Positions 48,116 to 62,132 of a stretch of 64,000 bases of DNA are shown piece by piece. Below the pieces are notes generated by a model that saw only the letters and a program-made list of their open reading frames with translations, was not told the DNA's origin and searched no databases. The number at the start of each line of letters is the position of its first letter. Position 1 is the stretch's first letter. A program made the position numbers and the translations under genes. Source of the stretch: Marsupella aquatica. Taxonomy: Eukaryota > Plantae > Marchantiophyta. The DNA lies in NCBI GenBank assembly GCA_973895155.1, contig OZ316898.1, forward strand, positions 4,526,480 through 4,590,479, read 5' to 3'.

Positions 48116-49504
48116 CAGATTTCCTTCTTGCTCCATTCATTCAAGAAATTATTGTTAATTGTAGAAATTGTGGTTTACCACCAGGGAAGGAGGAGGAGAG
48201 TTAGTCTAACCCACCACTAGCCATAAAAAAGGCCATAAAAAAGGGAAGTGTGGAAGACTTCTCCCTTTTTCACATTCCACTCATTCTGCTCCTCTTGTAT
48301 GCTCCAAAAACTCAGGAAAAGGGTACAATTTATGGTGAAATTTGCTGTATTCAGGTTTTGTCATGGGTATTGGTCATTTAAGGGGAATAGTGTGCTATTG
48401 TTCTCCTCCTTGTAATGAACTGGGTTTTCCCTTGCTTGAGCCATGGTTTTTGATCTAGCTTGTGGCCTTTTTGGTGTAAATGGGGTTCCCAACTAGCACC
48501 CCAGTTCCCAAATGCTTTTTGGGATACTAGCCTGGCAACGCGTATTTCATTGCAGCCATGTGAAGGCAAAGAAGTGTCTCAGCAAAATCTTCTCAGTGGC
48601 ATTGCACATCCAAGGTTGGGCCACAACACTGCGTGGTCTGTTGGGAGTTTGTCAGAAGGGCAAGGGCGCAAGGGAGGGATGCAAAAATACTTTTTGGTCT
48701 TTGTTACTTTGTCGGCTTTTGGTTGGGGTCCCCTTGGCTTGTTTTTCTTGGGGCCCTTTCCCCTCTTTTCCTCCCCTGCATTGGGTTGCTTTGCCATTGG
48801 AGTCATGTCTCCCAGTTATGCATTTTTTGCCATTGGGTCATGTCTCCCAGTTATGCATTTTTTGCCCTGCAGTTGGGCACATATATCTATGAGATGCAAA
48901 GGGCTGGGCATGTGCAAAAAGGGTTATGGTGAGGGAGGTCACCCAGAGTCAAGTGCAGCGCACAGGGGTAAAAAGGGGGAGGCAAGTGGGCAGGCTTGAG
49001 GAGGGGTCTGCTAGCAATCCAAGGGGGCCCAAAAAAAAATGGCTTGACAACCAGGATTGGTTTCTGCCGGCAACTCTTTTTGTAAACCAACATAGAAGTC
49101 TTTTGGTGCGATGACATGTTACAGTGGCTTATTTTGAGGCAACACTAAGTTGAAAGGAACAATATTGCATCCTCAAAAGGATTAAATAAATTTTTTTCCA
49201 TGAGGAGTCCAGTCCCTACTTGTATTTACTCACATTTCAAGCCCCAAAAGTATTAGCCCATGATTGTCATGGGCGAATCTCGTACCTCTCACCCTGTGAC
49301 TCCCAGCCACACATCCTAACCAGCAACATACTGCTCAAATTGCAATTATAGTGTGTGAAGTCAAATCTGTATAGAAACAATTACCTATATTTTTTGGTTA
49401 CTTCTCGTCCCCCCCTCAATACAGTTGTGTCGTGCTTCTTCGGGTTCCCCGCTTTGTAAACTTTCATCTTTATAAACAGTTATATATATTTTTTGTTACT
49501 TTGT

Positions 49505-49535
<31 letters not shown>

Positions 49536-50539
49536 TTTCTAGTCCGCCCTCAATACAGTTCGTGTCGTGCTTCGGTTCCCGTAAACTGGTTCAGACTGAT
49601 GTACAGGATGAGGCCCCTCCCTCACCATCGCTCGTCTCGTGGAGAGCTTTCGTATAAACCCTCCGTATCTTATCCTTCACATCACCCAGACCACATCGTT
49701 TTCGAGGTTTCCGAAATTTTGTGGACGAGATCTGAACACACATACGTCGTACAACCCTGGAGAATCCTCAAGGTGTCGCTCCTTGCAAACAGACTCGCAA
49801 ATTTCACGAAGGACACGACTACAGTCCGGTAGCTGCCGACGACCATGACGACTCGTTGTACGCCTTGACTGGAGCACAATCGGGTCCACTCCTGCCATGG
49901 CACGTACTTCGCCGTTTTAGAGGAGGACTCTTACCATCAATCTGCTCCTCTCGATCGAACCTCCTTCCATTTTTGGTCTGCATGGTCGATCGATCGCCGC
50001 CCTGCCAAGTCGCTCACCGTAACTTTTGCCAAGTGGACAACACTTGGACTCGCACGTTTTCCGTCCCTTCCACAGATGTCACGGAGGAGCATCACCAATC
50101 TTATGCAGTGACTTGGTGTCAACCCTGAATTCATGCATGCCATATACGGATTTAGCATTCAATTTGATTAATTAGCGAAGGAAATCCGAGCTTGAGTTGA
50201 ACATGAGGATACTCGTCCATCGATTGGTTGCCAGCACAGACTCAATAATATCCCACACAATAATGGATCCAGAATGTACCTTAAATTGTTGAGTTTGAGC
50301 ATTTGTAAAAATTGTGCGGGCGATATATGGTATCTTAATTAACGAGAGGTGGAAAAAATTTGCAATTTTAGATCTCTGAAAACCAATGGCTACGGAAGGT
50401 GACGGTGTGCACGGAATAATTATTATTCAGATCTCCCGCTTGGAGAGACTGGAAGGTGCAACGCTAGACACATCGAAAAAATCAACGCAAATTCGAAAAG
50501 AATGAGACCGACACCGAAACTGTGATCACTAGCACTAAT

Positions 50540-50576
50540 CACGTGAGATTCCCTCCTGGCTCCGGCTGTTATAAAT
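50540..50576 (+). promoter_or_regulatory. G-box (CACGTG) and TATA box of the ELIP-like gene
   Basis: CACGTG at 50540-50545 and TATAAAT at 50570-50576, ~200 bp upstream of the ATG. Confidence 0.55.
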
Positions 50577-50774
50577 TCCCATCAGATCTCCTCATACTAC
50601 ATCATTTGACAAACTCTCAGCCCAGCAGTCTAGCTCTTGTACAGTAATCAACAACGCATACTGAACTCTTTTTGAATCAGCTAGCAACACCAAGAGCAGA
50701 TCGATCAAAGGCCTTGCAGCTAACTTGTAGAATTCTTTGCGTTCTGTTCGAGCTTGAAACTTTGTTAAGGCATC

Positions 50775-52011
50775 ATGGCAGTAAGTTTGGGAGTCATGCA
50801 GGCGTCGATGGCAGCAGTATCAGCCCCAGTGGGAAGCTGGGCGACCCATCGTCCAGCATTGAAAGGAGGAATGGGGATGTTGCCTCTTGCAGCACCTAGG
50901 AGAGCGACCTTACTCCGATGCCAAGCTGGGGAGAGTCCTTCACTGCGCGATGCCGTAGACAAGGCGACGAAGAAGGAAATCACAAAGGAAGATATCCTCC
51001 GCCACCAGGAATTCGACGAATCTGAGAAGAACGCGGTGTTCGGAACCAAGCCTGCCAAAGGCTCTTTCTACCGGAGCGAAGAGAACCCAGAAGGAGCTGC
51101 CGGCTACCCACGCCCGGAAATCGAAAGGCGACCCGAGACCGGCGACAGGAGCATCGGAAGTATTTTCGCATTCGACGGTGCGGCTCCCGAGACCATTAAC
51201 GGACGACTGGTACGTGACTGACCGCATTCCTATAAACTATCCTCATTGCTTTGTGGATCTGTCGTCGATTTTTTCGGCATGATCGGTTTCCTTGCAATTT
51301 TGACGGAAATCGACCAGTGCAGATTCCCAGCTCTTGTAAAGTGCTTGGTCGTGTCCCATATATGTCGCGGGTGCTCGCGACACGCTCACAGTCTCGCCCA
51401 ATCTCACAGTGACTTGAGCTTACTTTTTTTTAAAGAATCATGGCTGTCGGAGCTTAATATATATCTGACTTCTCGCCTATCAGAGTCATCGAGACTGAAA
51501 GTAAAAATGTGCTCAAATTGCTGGAAGTGAGAATTTGCTAAATGTTGCTTCCTTAGTGTTTTGGTATGCGTGACAGTAACCCGAAGTCCTATGAAAATGG
51601 CAATGCCAGTAAGCATCATCCATGTATGTATCTTGTATACACAATTGAGTTGTGCAGTGTAATCTGCTGAGCATTTTGGGTCTGTTTACTGACCTTTTTG
51701 TCAACGTACTGCTGCGCATTCAGGCTATGGTAGGCTTTGTGTGGGCCTTCCTCGCCGAGAAGGCGACTGGACTGTCTGTTGTGGAGCAAGTGTTCACTCC
51801 AGGCACCACCGGACTTGTTTTCTTCATTGGTACGGTGCAGCTTCTCGCTTACGCGTCCCTGGTGCCTATCGTAAACGGAGAATCAACAGACGCGCGCAGC
51901 TGGGGTCCGTTCAATGCCCGAGCTGAGCGATGGAACGGTCGTCTGGCCATGATCGGGTTTGCAGCTTTGCTGCTCGATGAGTTCATTCGCCAGACCCCGG
52001 TCTTCCACTGA
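50775..52011 (+). CDS. ELIP: Early light-induced protein (ELIP)-like LHC-family chloroplast protein, 240 aa, 2 exons
   Basis: Exons 50775-51209 and 51724-52011; transit-peptide-like N-terminus; FAFDGAAPETINGRL|AMVGF and AERWNGRLAMIGF chlorophyll-binding helices with a middle TM helix. Confidence 0.88.
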
Positions 52012-55000
52012 GCTGTCACTCCTTTGAACGTGGCCCGTAGAAGTAAATTTGTACACTAAAGATTTTCCCCAATGCCAGAGTAGCTTCGCTCACATTGTAC
52101 AGAAGTAAGCTAGAAAATCGATTTGTTCGAAAGCTCTCTATTGGAGCTGCTAGCTGCGAATTTTTTATTATTTTGACAACTCGTAAGCATATGTAACTGG
52201 TTGTCACCTAGTGACTTCAATAAATTTGAGCGTTCTTTTCTCTACGTTTGCAATGTTTGGAACAACGATGATAGTTATCATCTATCATCGTTGTTCCATA
52301 CTCAATTTGAGCTTTCTCCCGATCTTATTGTCATCATGTCTTTGATTGCTGTCCCAAATTTTCTCTTGCTCTACTACTTTACTCAAATTGAACATAAAGC
52401 AACAACTAATGTGACTATTACAGCTTATTGTTTAGTGTAAAAGCATGTGGCGACTACCAAACTCTTTACGCCTCACACCAAATTATAACTTTTGCAGTCG
52501 AACATTTGTTGATGTACACTGATCATATCCTCTATGCATGTACATGTTCTCGAAAAACGATGTGTTTCGAATTCATCCGTAAGATGGAAAGTGCAGTGCA
52601 AACACGGTTTATTAATATATACAAAATTGGTGAAGAAAAGAATTTAACAAATCTTGGAAATTTGAATTCAACACTGTTTTCGAGTGTACCAGGACATTGA
52701 GAATTATCTAAAATTACCAGCGGCAATATAGAAAGCCTTTTTCCACGCAGGTGGGGAAAGAAAACTGAACGCGAGTGGGTGAGTGGAAGTAAAGCATCTG
52801 ATGAAAAATCTATTGCCGTGTATGAGAAAATTCACTCGGATTGGAAGTGTGATTCAGTACAACTTCAGACCGATGCGCAACCCTTTCTTCACATATTTCG
52901 GTGCTGAATCATCGATTTATTCATTCAATGATCGGCTGAGGTAACTTCAAATTTGTAAGCTGCAACTTTGTGCTATCTACTAATATGAACAATTGATAAC
53001 AATGAGATCCTGAGGTGGGGCAACGCTGCCAAAGTTAGGTTCGTTGGATAGACCATAATATCACAAACCGTTCATTTCACTCAAAAGTCGCATATGATGG
53101 TATGCGCTCAATGGAAATGACTGCGCCATTCTTTTTGACTTTGGTTAAACTCATCGTTTAAAAATACTCGATGCGAGCTAGAGTTGAACAGCATCATTTA
53201 TATCAATTTCCACGTCGAGCGTTCCAATTGAAGTGAACACATTTCTGACTTCCGCCGACAATGTTATTTTTTGTGACTCAATTTACTCCAAAGATCGAAT
53301 TCGTTAGTTTATGGACATCTCTGGAGTTTATTGCTTCCGCATCCAGTTGGGCGTTGAGTCAGCGAAGTCTACATTGCTAAAGGCAGAGCATCGTGCGAGT
53401 CATTGTTTAATCGTGATAATAGTTGAAGCGGAAAAACTTCTAGCGTGCTCAAAAGAGGAAGGCTATGCTGAGAGCCCCGCAAATCTTTTAACAAATGTCA
53501 GTAAGTAGGTTCCGATAGTCCACAAATCCCGTAATTATATTGTTTGTTTTCCATCAAAGCTTCTAAGAAATGTCAGTAAGTTCCGATAGTCCACAAATCC
53601 CTTAATTATATTGATTCGTCTTTCCCGTGTGTTTCGACAGAGGCGTGAGGTTTCTTTCAGTAATTCGATATAGTAGGTCTTGCCTAACTTATTGTCATGA
53701 CATATGTCGTCGTCTGTCATGACATAATGTCGTCGTCTAGACATAATGTAAACTTTCCATTGACAGCTACTGAAATAAAAATGGTACAAAGGAACTTTCG
53801 GTTCTCTTCATTGCCGCAGGCGTCATTGCTATCATGGAGATTGCGGACTCGGTTAACAAGCACAGCTCCAAGAATAGGACATTGGACCGATTCCGCATCA
53901 TTGCTGCAGGCGTCGTGTGGCATATATGGACATTTCCATTGACAGGCACATCTCCAAGCAGTCCGTGCTGAACTGTAATTAATCGATACTGTTGTCCACC
54001 ATTTCCTCGTTCTCTGAGACCTCAAGATGTACATGCCGAGACAGTTGTGTATAGCTAAAAGATTACTCACATCCACTCTCACTCTTCTCGACTTCTTAGT
54101 GGGTCCTTTGGTTTTTGGTTCCTTTGTTGCTGTGGGGGACTCCTTGGCTCGTTGGACCCCTTTGGTCGCCTTTTCCCTCGGGTTTCCCCTTCCAGTTCCC
54201 TCCCTTTATTGGGTTGCATTCCCTTCGGGACCCTGTCTCCAGCTTCGACGTTTTTGTCCTTTGGCACTGTGATGTATAACAAGCCGAAAGAATTGGAAGT
54301 TTTCGTTAGGGAGCTTGAGAGAAACAGTCCCGGTCATCTCATATTGGGACGGCAGCAGCGTTGAAATTTCGGTATCCTGTTTGAAACGTGTTTCTTATTG
54401 ATCCCCCTAGATTTGAAGAAAAGCATCAATTTAACCTGTTTCAAACGTGTTTCTTAATGCTCCCCCTAGATTGGAAGCGAAGCATCAGTTTCAAGCAACG
54501 CTGCAGGAAGCATCCTGGCGAGTTCTCTTCGGTAGTAGAGTTTTCGCCTGGGCTTTCTGCGAAGCGAAAATTTGAGCAAATTTTGCCTATGCAAAATTGA
54601 GAGCCTGCTGCAGTAATCACCGAAGATGCTGCTCTTTATGTGATCTTATCGACTAAACCCTGAACCCTGAACTTGTCTCCTTGTAGCGTAATTGCATTCT
54701 AGTATTGTTAATATGTCCGAGAAATCGCGCATAGAATCAATTCACGGGGCAAAGTAACTTTCAGTCAGGCGTACGGACAATGCTCCAGTAAGACAATTCA
54801 AGAGCACACCGTCAGCTCAACGTACTGGGAGGGGAAAGAATGGGTAAGGAAATGTTGGCCTCAGCTTGTTGTAGTTCTGTACCTTGTTAACACTTTAACA
54901 ATACTTCTTTATTGAGTACATGGAAACCTCGTGGCAGTGCCCTCGCGGTGCTTTATGCCGATTGTCAGTCAGATCCAGAGGAAGAAAATCATGAAAGCGG

Positions 55001-55481
55001 AAGCAGATTACAGCTGGATCAGGGCCTAAACAGAATCATGGTTGTTTCCGGACACTGTTCCTCGCAAATCTACTTGCAGGTCAAGCTTGAGCCGCGAGAC
55101 TGTCATCGTGGACACGTCCACGCGTATGGAGTGGATTCGACCTGCAGCAGGGGCTGGTCCTGGTGGCAACTGTTTCGGAGTTGATGGCACTCTAGCAGCT
55201 CCTGTGCAGAAGTGATCGAGAAGTACGAGAGAATGTCTCGAAATCGTCCTCACTCTAGCAGCTCCTGTGCAGAAGTGATCGAGAAGTACGAGAGAATGTC
55301 TCGAAATCGTCCTCACTCCTAGTTCTCCTGTGTTTTTCCAATTGAGGAGCTAGGTCATCGAACTCTTCTGCATATTTCACTTGGCCATTAGTGTCTGCTG
55401 GCATTACGATCTCGTGAGGTTTGGTCAAGTGCTTCTTGTGTTTCCTTCATCGTTAGTATCGTTACTCTCCTGAAACTGGAG

Positions 55482-57684
55482 ATGAGCAGTCCTGGTCGCC
55501 CGAGTATTTTCTCGGCCTCGGCTGGAAGGGGAGCCGGCTTCGATCAACCATCAGACGTAAATGAAGGCAACACAAATGGAGGGACTGCATTACTGCCCTC
55601 AAATGGTAGAGCATCATTTACTAATTCTCGCATTTTCGATTCGGCGCGATTGCCACAGCTGTCAAATACATTCCCACCTGTAGGACAAGCGGCTGCAAGC
55701 TATGGTAGAGTATATTTAAGTCATGATTCCGCATTCCCTGTATTGCTTTTGAGGGCCCAAACTTTTCATGTGTCCCTTGAGAGTGAACTAAGGCTTAAGA
55801 CTTTGGTCGATATAATTCGTTTCATTGGTAAGTGATTACAAAAATATGTTGACTACATTTCGCATTACCATGAGTAGTCACAACCAGATTTCGCGTCCAA
55901 CATGATTCGCAACGCACACATTGTAAATTCCCTTCTTTGCTTATAAACAAGAAAGATTATTGATTGGCAACGATTTGTATACTGCTGCCGAAAACTTTAG
56001 GGTCTTCTTGGTTCTCAAAATTCACCTTCCTCTTCCGTGCCGGCGTTGGATGTGATGCAGGAGGGACAACCGACTACATATTAACAGAAATGGCATCAAT
56101 AGCTGCTAATGGGCAAGAAAGAACTGGGCAGAATGGATCACTGCCCTCGAATAGCAGAGCGTCAATGGCAAATATGAGTCGGACTTCGAGCACCTCGCGA
56201 TTGCTTGGGCAGTTTAGTTGCCCGTGTACATTTCCGTGGACTCACACCACTCCAAGCAATGGTAAATTAGGTTTTAGAAATGCAAGATGTTGTCCTGTCT
56301 TTCGTGCGTTTTAGGGGACTGACATCTTCTTCGGAATCATTAGTCATCAAGAGGTTGAAGTAAAGCTCGCCGAGTTGAGACCCTTGGTTTCGTTTCAGTC
56401 ATTATTATGATAAGTTTTGCAGTCACCACCAATACGTGATCTGTTTGCTTGGAATATTAGTCAATTTTTTCACGTTGGGTCTATCCTAATTTCTCTGCTC
56501 CTCAAGGTTGACCGTCATCGTCTCCTATGGCAGGTGCTGCATGTCCTGGCCCTGAACATTTTAAGGTGAGACATCTGTCACAAGCAGAGAAGTACCATCT
56601 CGAGAAACCACGTCCATATCTGCAAACCATGAGTTGCTCCAAGGTATTTAAGGAGCCTCTTGACCGGCTAAAAGTGTGGCCTCGGTTCTTTCAAACGACA
56701 GAAGCGTCAGGCACAGAGCTTAGAAAAGGATATGTGACTCTTTGGACAACTTTCATCCTCGCGGTAAGGGGAAAGACTTAAAACGTCTCATATCTTCCGC
56801 CTTTGTTCACGGTATCTACTCTGGCTTGAGTTGTGTATCAGCGTTGATTGTCACTTCTCTCATTTTGTTACAAAAATGTATGTCTGGACCTTAACCCCTT
56901 TTTTAGTTTGCAGAAGAATAAAAAACGAGAAGAACATTTCACTGTATGGCATATAGCATTTTGTTTATTCCTGTATGGAAGTGCGTTGACTCGTTCTGTT
57001 GCCCTTTTGACACATGTTTGGAAGGAACTAGAAGATCTATCCGATCACAAAAGAATTTCACGCACAATAATGGTCAAGTAATTACTGAGGTCTTGATAGT
57101 ACTTTAGGTTCTATCTGTCTGTATTTGTTAACTAATTTATTCCACGACTCACTGTACAGCCAGTTCATTGGAAGGCAGACTTTAGCTAACATTCTTCCGT
57201 GTTGAGAACAGTTTAGCTCAATTTCTCATCCACCCGCATCTATGAATAACCTGTGAATGGTCTTTTGGAACACGTGCAGGAGTCACTCCTAGCTGCGATT
57301 GCAATCCAGCCCTTTGTTTCGAACGTCGGCAATCTCACAGGTTTGCAGCTCAAGATATACGGACTGGTGTGGATGCTGGCCCTGATCATTAGCTTTATGA
57401 GTCTTGGTGTCACTGCCCTTTTCTTGGGTTACTTGCATGGTAGCCCGGCGAAACTTACATACATGTGGGTCTGCAATATCGGTGCATGGATTGGTGTGCC
57501 TGCAGTTCTAGTATTACTGGCTACTTTCGTGAGCCTTGGTGCCGTCGCCTATAGTTCATGGGTCATTTATGGGCAAAGACTGGGGATACTTTGCACAGTT
57601 ATAGAAGTGGTCGTTATTGTTTTTGCTATTGCCACTTCTACTGCTCTCGGGACGGCCTCTGGAGCAGCGCAAGCCCTGGATTGA
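55482..57684 (+). CDS. Uncharacterised 4-TM membrane protein (PGG-domain-like architecture), 4 exons
   Basis: In-phase exons 55482-55704, ~56088-56261, 56534-56763, 57280-57684; four hydrophobic helices in the C-terminal half; low-complexity N-terminus. Confidence 0.65.
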
Positions 57685-58580
57685 GGACCCGCCAAAATTG
57701 CGTGTGAATATATCTGCGAAAGGAATTGCATGTGCTACACAAAATGATTTCTAGTAAGATCGATCTGGATCTCTGAGATGCTTGCTGCTCTCCAGCTCAA
57801 TTACTAAGGCATATTCACCAATTACTCACTGATTAGCTCACAAGAATTGAGACTTGTTCGCTGAGCTCTCCATCTTGACTTCAGGATTCAAGGTCTGCGG
57901 TTCCATATTTCGCTCTTCTTCTCCTAAACTGAATGGCTTGAGTAATTAGATTTGTTGTCGAAAAGCGAATGCCTTAGCCTAGTGCAAAGAGGTAGGTATC
58001 GGGGCTCACTGTACATAATATGGGAGCTTCATTTGAGTGCCTTTTGGACCACAACACTAAACTATCTGAACATAATACTCGCACCTGACCCTGGAAGAAG
58101 TGCAAAAACCAAGGCAGTTGTTGCTTGGCCGATCAGGCTCGCCATTTGTTTGCAAGCTTGATAAAATCAGGCTCAATAAGGACTTTTCCATGTTTCGTAG
58201 AGTGTCCATGCTTACTGGTTTGACTGCATCCAGGATCGATTTCACTAATTCCGAAAATTTCTCATCATGTCAGAATTTCAGAATACTTTTTGGAAATCGG
58301 AAAAGTGCTTTCCGGAATTTTCAAAATGTAACTTTTGGAGCTTTCAAAGAAGGGTGTTGGAATCTCCACGTGCTGCTTTTGGAAATTTCATCAGCTATTT
58401 TTGGACACGGAACTTTGGGAATCACTGTGGCTCAAGACAAAAGCGTTCATCTGGACCACTAACTTTTAGGACACTGTTCAAAAGACTACAATCGAATGTA
58501 ACGAGCATCACAATCTCGAATTTTCATTGCTCTTGGCAGAGAGCTTGTAGTACTGCCGATGCTTCTTCCTAAGGACTCAC

Positions 58581-58616
58581 CTGTCTGTTCTTGACATTGA
58601 CCTTGTTTCCACAGAG
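58581..58616 (-). pseudogene. Ran GTPase exon fragment
   Basis: Translates LCGNKVNVKNRQ (plant Ran LCGNKVDVKNRQ, G4 region), followed by a GTGAGT donor. Confidence 0.6.
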
Positions 58617-58632
58617 AGCCATTGTGGCACGT

Positions 58633-61600
58633 GACCCCGGTCTTTCACTGAGCTTCCACCACTCCTTTGAGAGTGGCACGTAGAAGAAAATTTGTACACT
58701 ACAGATTCTCCCCAATGCATGACTAGCCTCACTCACATTATACAAAAGTAAGCTAGGAAAATGATTTGTTCGATGGCTCGATACGAGCTGCCAGCTGCGG
58801 AATTTTATATTTTGACAACTCGCACATATATGTAACTTGCTGTCAAACCTACCGAGTTCAATGAATTTAAGCTTCTTTTCTCGACCATTGCAGTCTTGGT
58901 ATGCATGAGGTGACTATTACAGTCGTTGTTCAATGTTCAATTTGGGCTTTGTCCCTAGCTTATTGTCACGATGTACGTCTTTGGTCGTCGTCCCAAGCTT
59001 TCTTTTCCTGTAGTCTTGTTATGCATAAGGCGACTATTTCAGTCGTTGCTCAATGTTCAATGTATGAACACGTTGCTTCTGGTTATGACTACAAAACTCT
59101 TTTACTCTACACCAGATGTATGTAACTTCTGCGTCAACATTTGAAGTATGTTGATCAAGTCCTATGTAACATATTCCGAAGAAAAATGTGTGTCGAATAA
59201 ATTGAAAGCACATTGCAAACGCGGTTCATTAATATATGGAGTTGGTAAAGAAAAGAGTTCGAGAAATCTTGGAGATTTGTGTCCAACATTGTTTCCAGGA
59301 TTTCATAAATTACTGGGAGCTTCACACGACTGTGCGAACGATCAAGTGGTACCAGCAGCAATCTAGGAAAGGTTTGCACGCAGGTGGGAAGAGGGTTGGC
59401 GCGGGTGGGTAGGAGAGAACGATCTCTAAACGAATTTATGGCCGTGAATTTGAAAAGTCACTCTAATTTCAGTTGGAAGAACGATTCAATTCCACCTAAG
59501 ATCCTCTTTCTTCACATTTTCGGCGCTCAAGCATAAATTTTGGTTCATTCAGTGATCGGCTGAGGTGACTTTGAATTTGTAAGCTGCGATGTTGTGATAC
59601 TCGACCAATATGAATTCAACTGAAAGCAATTACAGCGCGGGGTTGAGCGACGTGCAGCATTTAGAAGATAGCTAGGGAAGCAATAATCCTCTCACTCTGC
59701 CAAATTTGGACTCGTTGGATAGACCACAATATCACAAACCGTTCATTTCACTCGTTACTCAATGCTGGCATGAAAATTTAGCTTGTGCTGTTGTGGAAAT
59801 GACTAGCACCATTCTTTTTCGCCTTTGCCAAACTCATAGGTTCAAAAATACTCGAAGCGAACTAGAGTTGAGCAGCATCATTTACATCAGTTTCCACTTT
59901 GAGCGTTTCAATTGACGTGAATACATTTGTGACATCTACAGACAATGTTATTTTTAACTTCTCAATTTCTGCGAGATCGAATTCGTTAATTTGCGGTCAT
60001 CTCTGGAGTATATCGCTTCCGCATCTAGTTGGACATTGAGTCATCAAAGTCTACATTGCTAAAGACAAAGCATTCTTCGAGACATTGTTTAACCGTAGCA
60101 ATATTTGAAGCGAAAAGACTTCTAGCGGTAACCGTAACAATATTTGAAGCGGAAAGACTTCTAGCGTGCTCAAACGAGGAAGGTTATGCAGAGAGCCTTC
60201 GAAGCTTTAAGAACTGTCAGTGAGTAGGTTCCGATAGTCCACAAATCCCTTAGTTATATTGACTAGTTTTTCCCCTGTCTTTCGACGGAGGTGTGACGTT
60301 TCTTTCAGTAATTTTCGATCTAGTAGGTCTTGCCTAACTGATTGTCATGATATCCTTGGTCGTCGTCTAGACATAATGTAAACTTTCCATTCACATCTAC
60401 TGAAAACAATGGTACAAAAGGAACTTTCGGTTCTCTTCATTGCTGCAGGGGTCATGTTGCTATCATGGAGATTGCAGACTCGGTTAACAAGCACAGCTCC
60501 AAGAATGGGACATTGCACTGATTCCGCATCATTGCTGCAGGCGTCGTGTGGGCTATATATGGACATTTCTATTGACAGGCACATCTCCAAGCAGTCCGTG
60601 CTGAACTTTGATTAATCGATACTGTTGTCCTCCGTTTGTCCTCCGTTTCCTCGTCCTCTGAGACCTCAAGATGTACTTGTCGAGTTAGTTGTGTATAGCT
60701 GAAAGATTACTCACATACACCCTCACTCTTCTCAACTTCTTAGTGGGTCCTTTGGGTTTTGGTTCCTTTGTTGCTGTGGGGGACTCCTCCGCTTGTTGGA
60801 CCTCTTTGGTCACCTTTTCCCTCGGGTTTCCCGTTCCAGTACCCTCCCTTTTATTGGGTTGCATTGCCTTTGGGACCCTGTCTCCAGCTTCGACGTTTTT
60901 GTCCTTTGGCACTGTGATGTGTAACAAGCCGAAAGAATTGAAAGTTTTCGTTACGGAGCTTTAAAGAAACAGTCCCGGTCATCTCATATTGGACGGAAGC
61001 AGCGTTGAAATTTCGATATCCTGTTTCACACGTGTTTCTTATTGATTCCCATAGATCTGAAGAGAACCATCAGTTTCGAGCAACGCTGCAGGAAGAATCT
61101 CAGCGAGTCCTCTTCAGTAGAGTTTTCGCCTGCGCCTTCCGCGAAGGGAAAATTTGGGACAATTCTGTCTCTAGATTAGGAGCCAGCTGCAGTAATCACC
61201 GAAGATGGTATCTTATGTGATCCTACAAGAAACCTTTTGCAGTCTAAGTGTCGCACCTTTCTACCTGACTTGTATCCTTGTGTCGTAATTGCATTCTAGT
61301 GTTGTTAGTAAGTCCGAGAAACCCCGCATATGGAATCAATTGGACGGGCAAGGTCACTTTCAGTCACTCGGATGGACAATGCTCCAGTAAGACAGCCCAA
61401 AAAAAGTGTTGACGATTCAAATAGCACGCCGTCCGCTTCAAGTACTGGGAGGGGAAAAGAAAGGGTAAGGAAGCCTTGGCCCCAGCTTGTTGTAGTTCTG
61501 TACCTTTTGAACCCTTCAACAATATTTTATTGAGTACCTGGAAACGTCGTGGCAGTGCCGTCGCGGTGCTTTTATGCCGATTAGTCAATCGATGCAGAGG

Positions 61601-62132
61601 AAGAAAACCATGAAACCGGAAGCAGATCTACAGCTGGATCAGGGCCTAAACAGAATCATGGTTGTCTCTGCACACTGTTATTCGCAAATCTACTTGCGAG
61701 TCAAGCTTGAACCGCGAGACCGTCATCGTCGACATGTCCACGCGTATGGAGTGGATTCGACCTGCAGCAGGGGCTGGTCCTGGTGGCAATTGTTTTCGAA
61801 GCTGATGGCTCTGTAGCAGCTCCTGTGCAGAAGTGATCGAGAAGTACGAGAGAATGTCTCGAAATCGTCCTCACTCCTAGTTCTCCTGTGTTTTTCCAAT
61901 TGAGGAGCTAGGTCATCGCACCTTACTGCATATTTCACTTGGCCATTAGAGTCTGCTGGCATTACGATATCGTGAGGTTTGGTCTAGCGCTTCTTGTGTT
62001 TGTCTTCATCGTTAGTATCGTTACTCTCTAGAATTGGAGATGATCAGTCCGGGTCGCCGGAGTATTTTCTCGGCCTCGACTGCACCGGGAACCGGCTTCG
62101 ATCAATCATCAGACGTAAATAAAGGTGACACA
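58633..62132 (+). repeat. Diverged segmental duplicate of 51993-55574 (ELIP 3' end through the first ~30 codons of the membrane-protein gene)
   Basis: Colinear blocks, e.g. 53311-54600 vs 59990-61220 and 54700-55574 vs 61290-62132. Confidence 0.92.

Noticed and set aside
49400-50130. Short duplication, (CACCCT)n and GC-rich ORF fragments
   Set aside because: May be a gene relic, but no identifiable domain.
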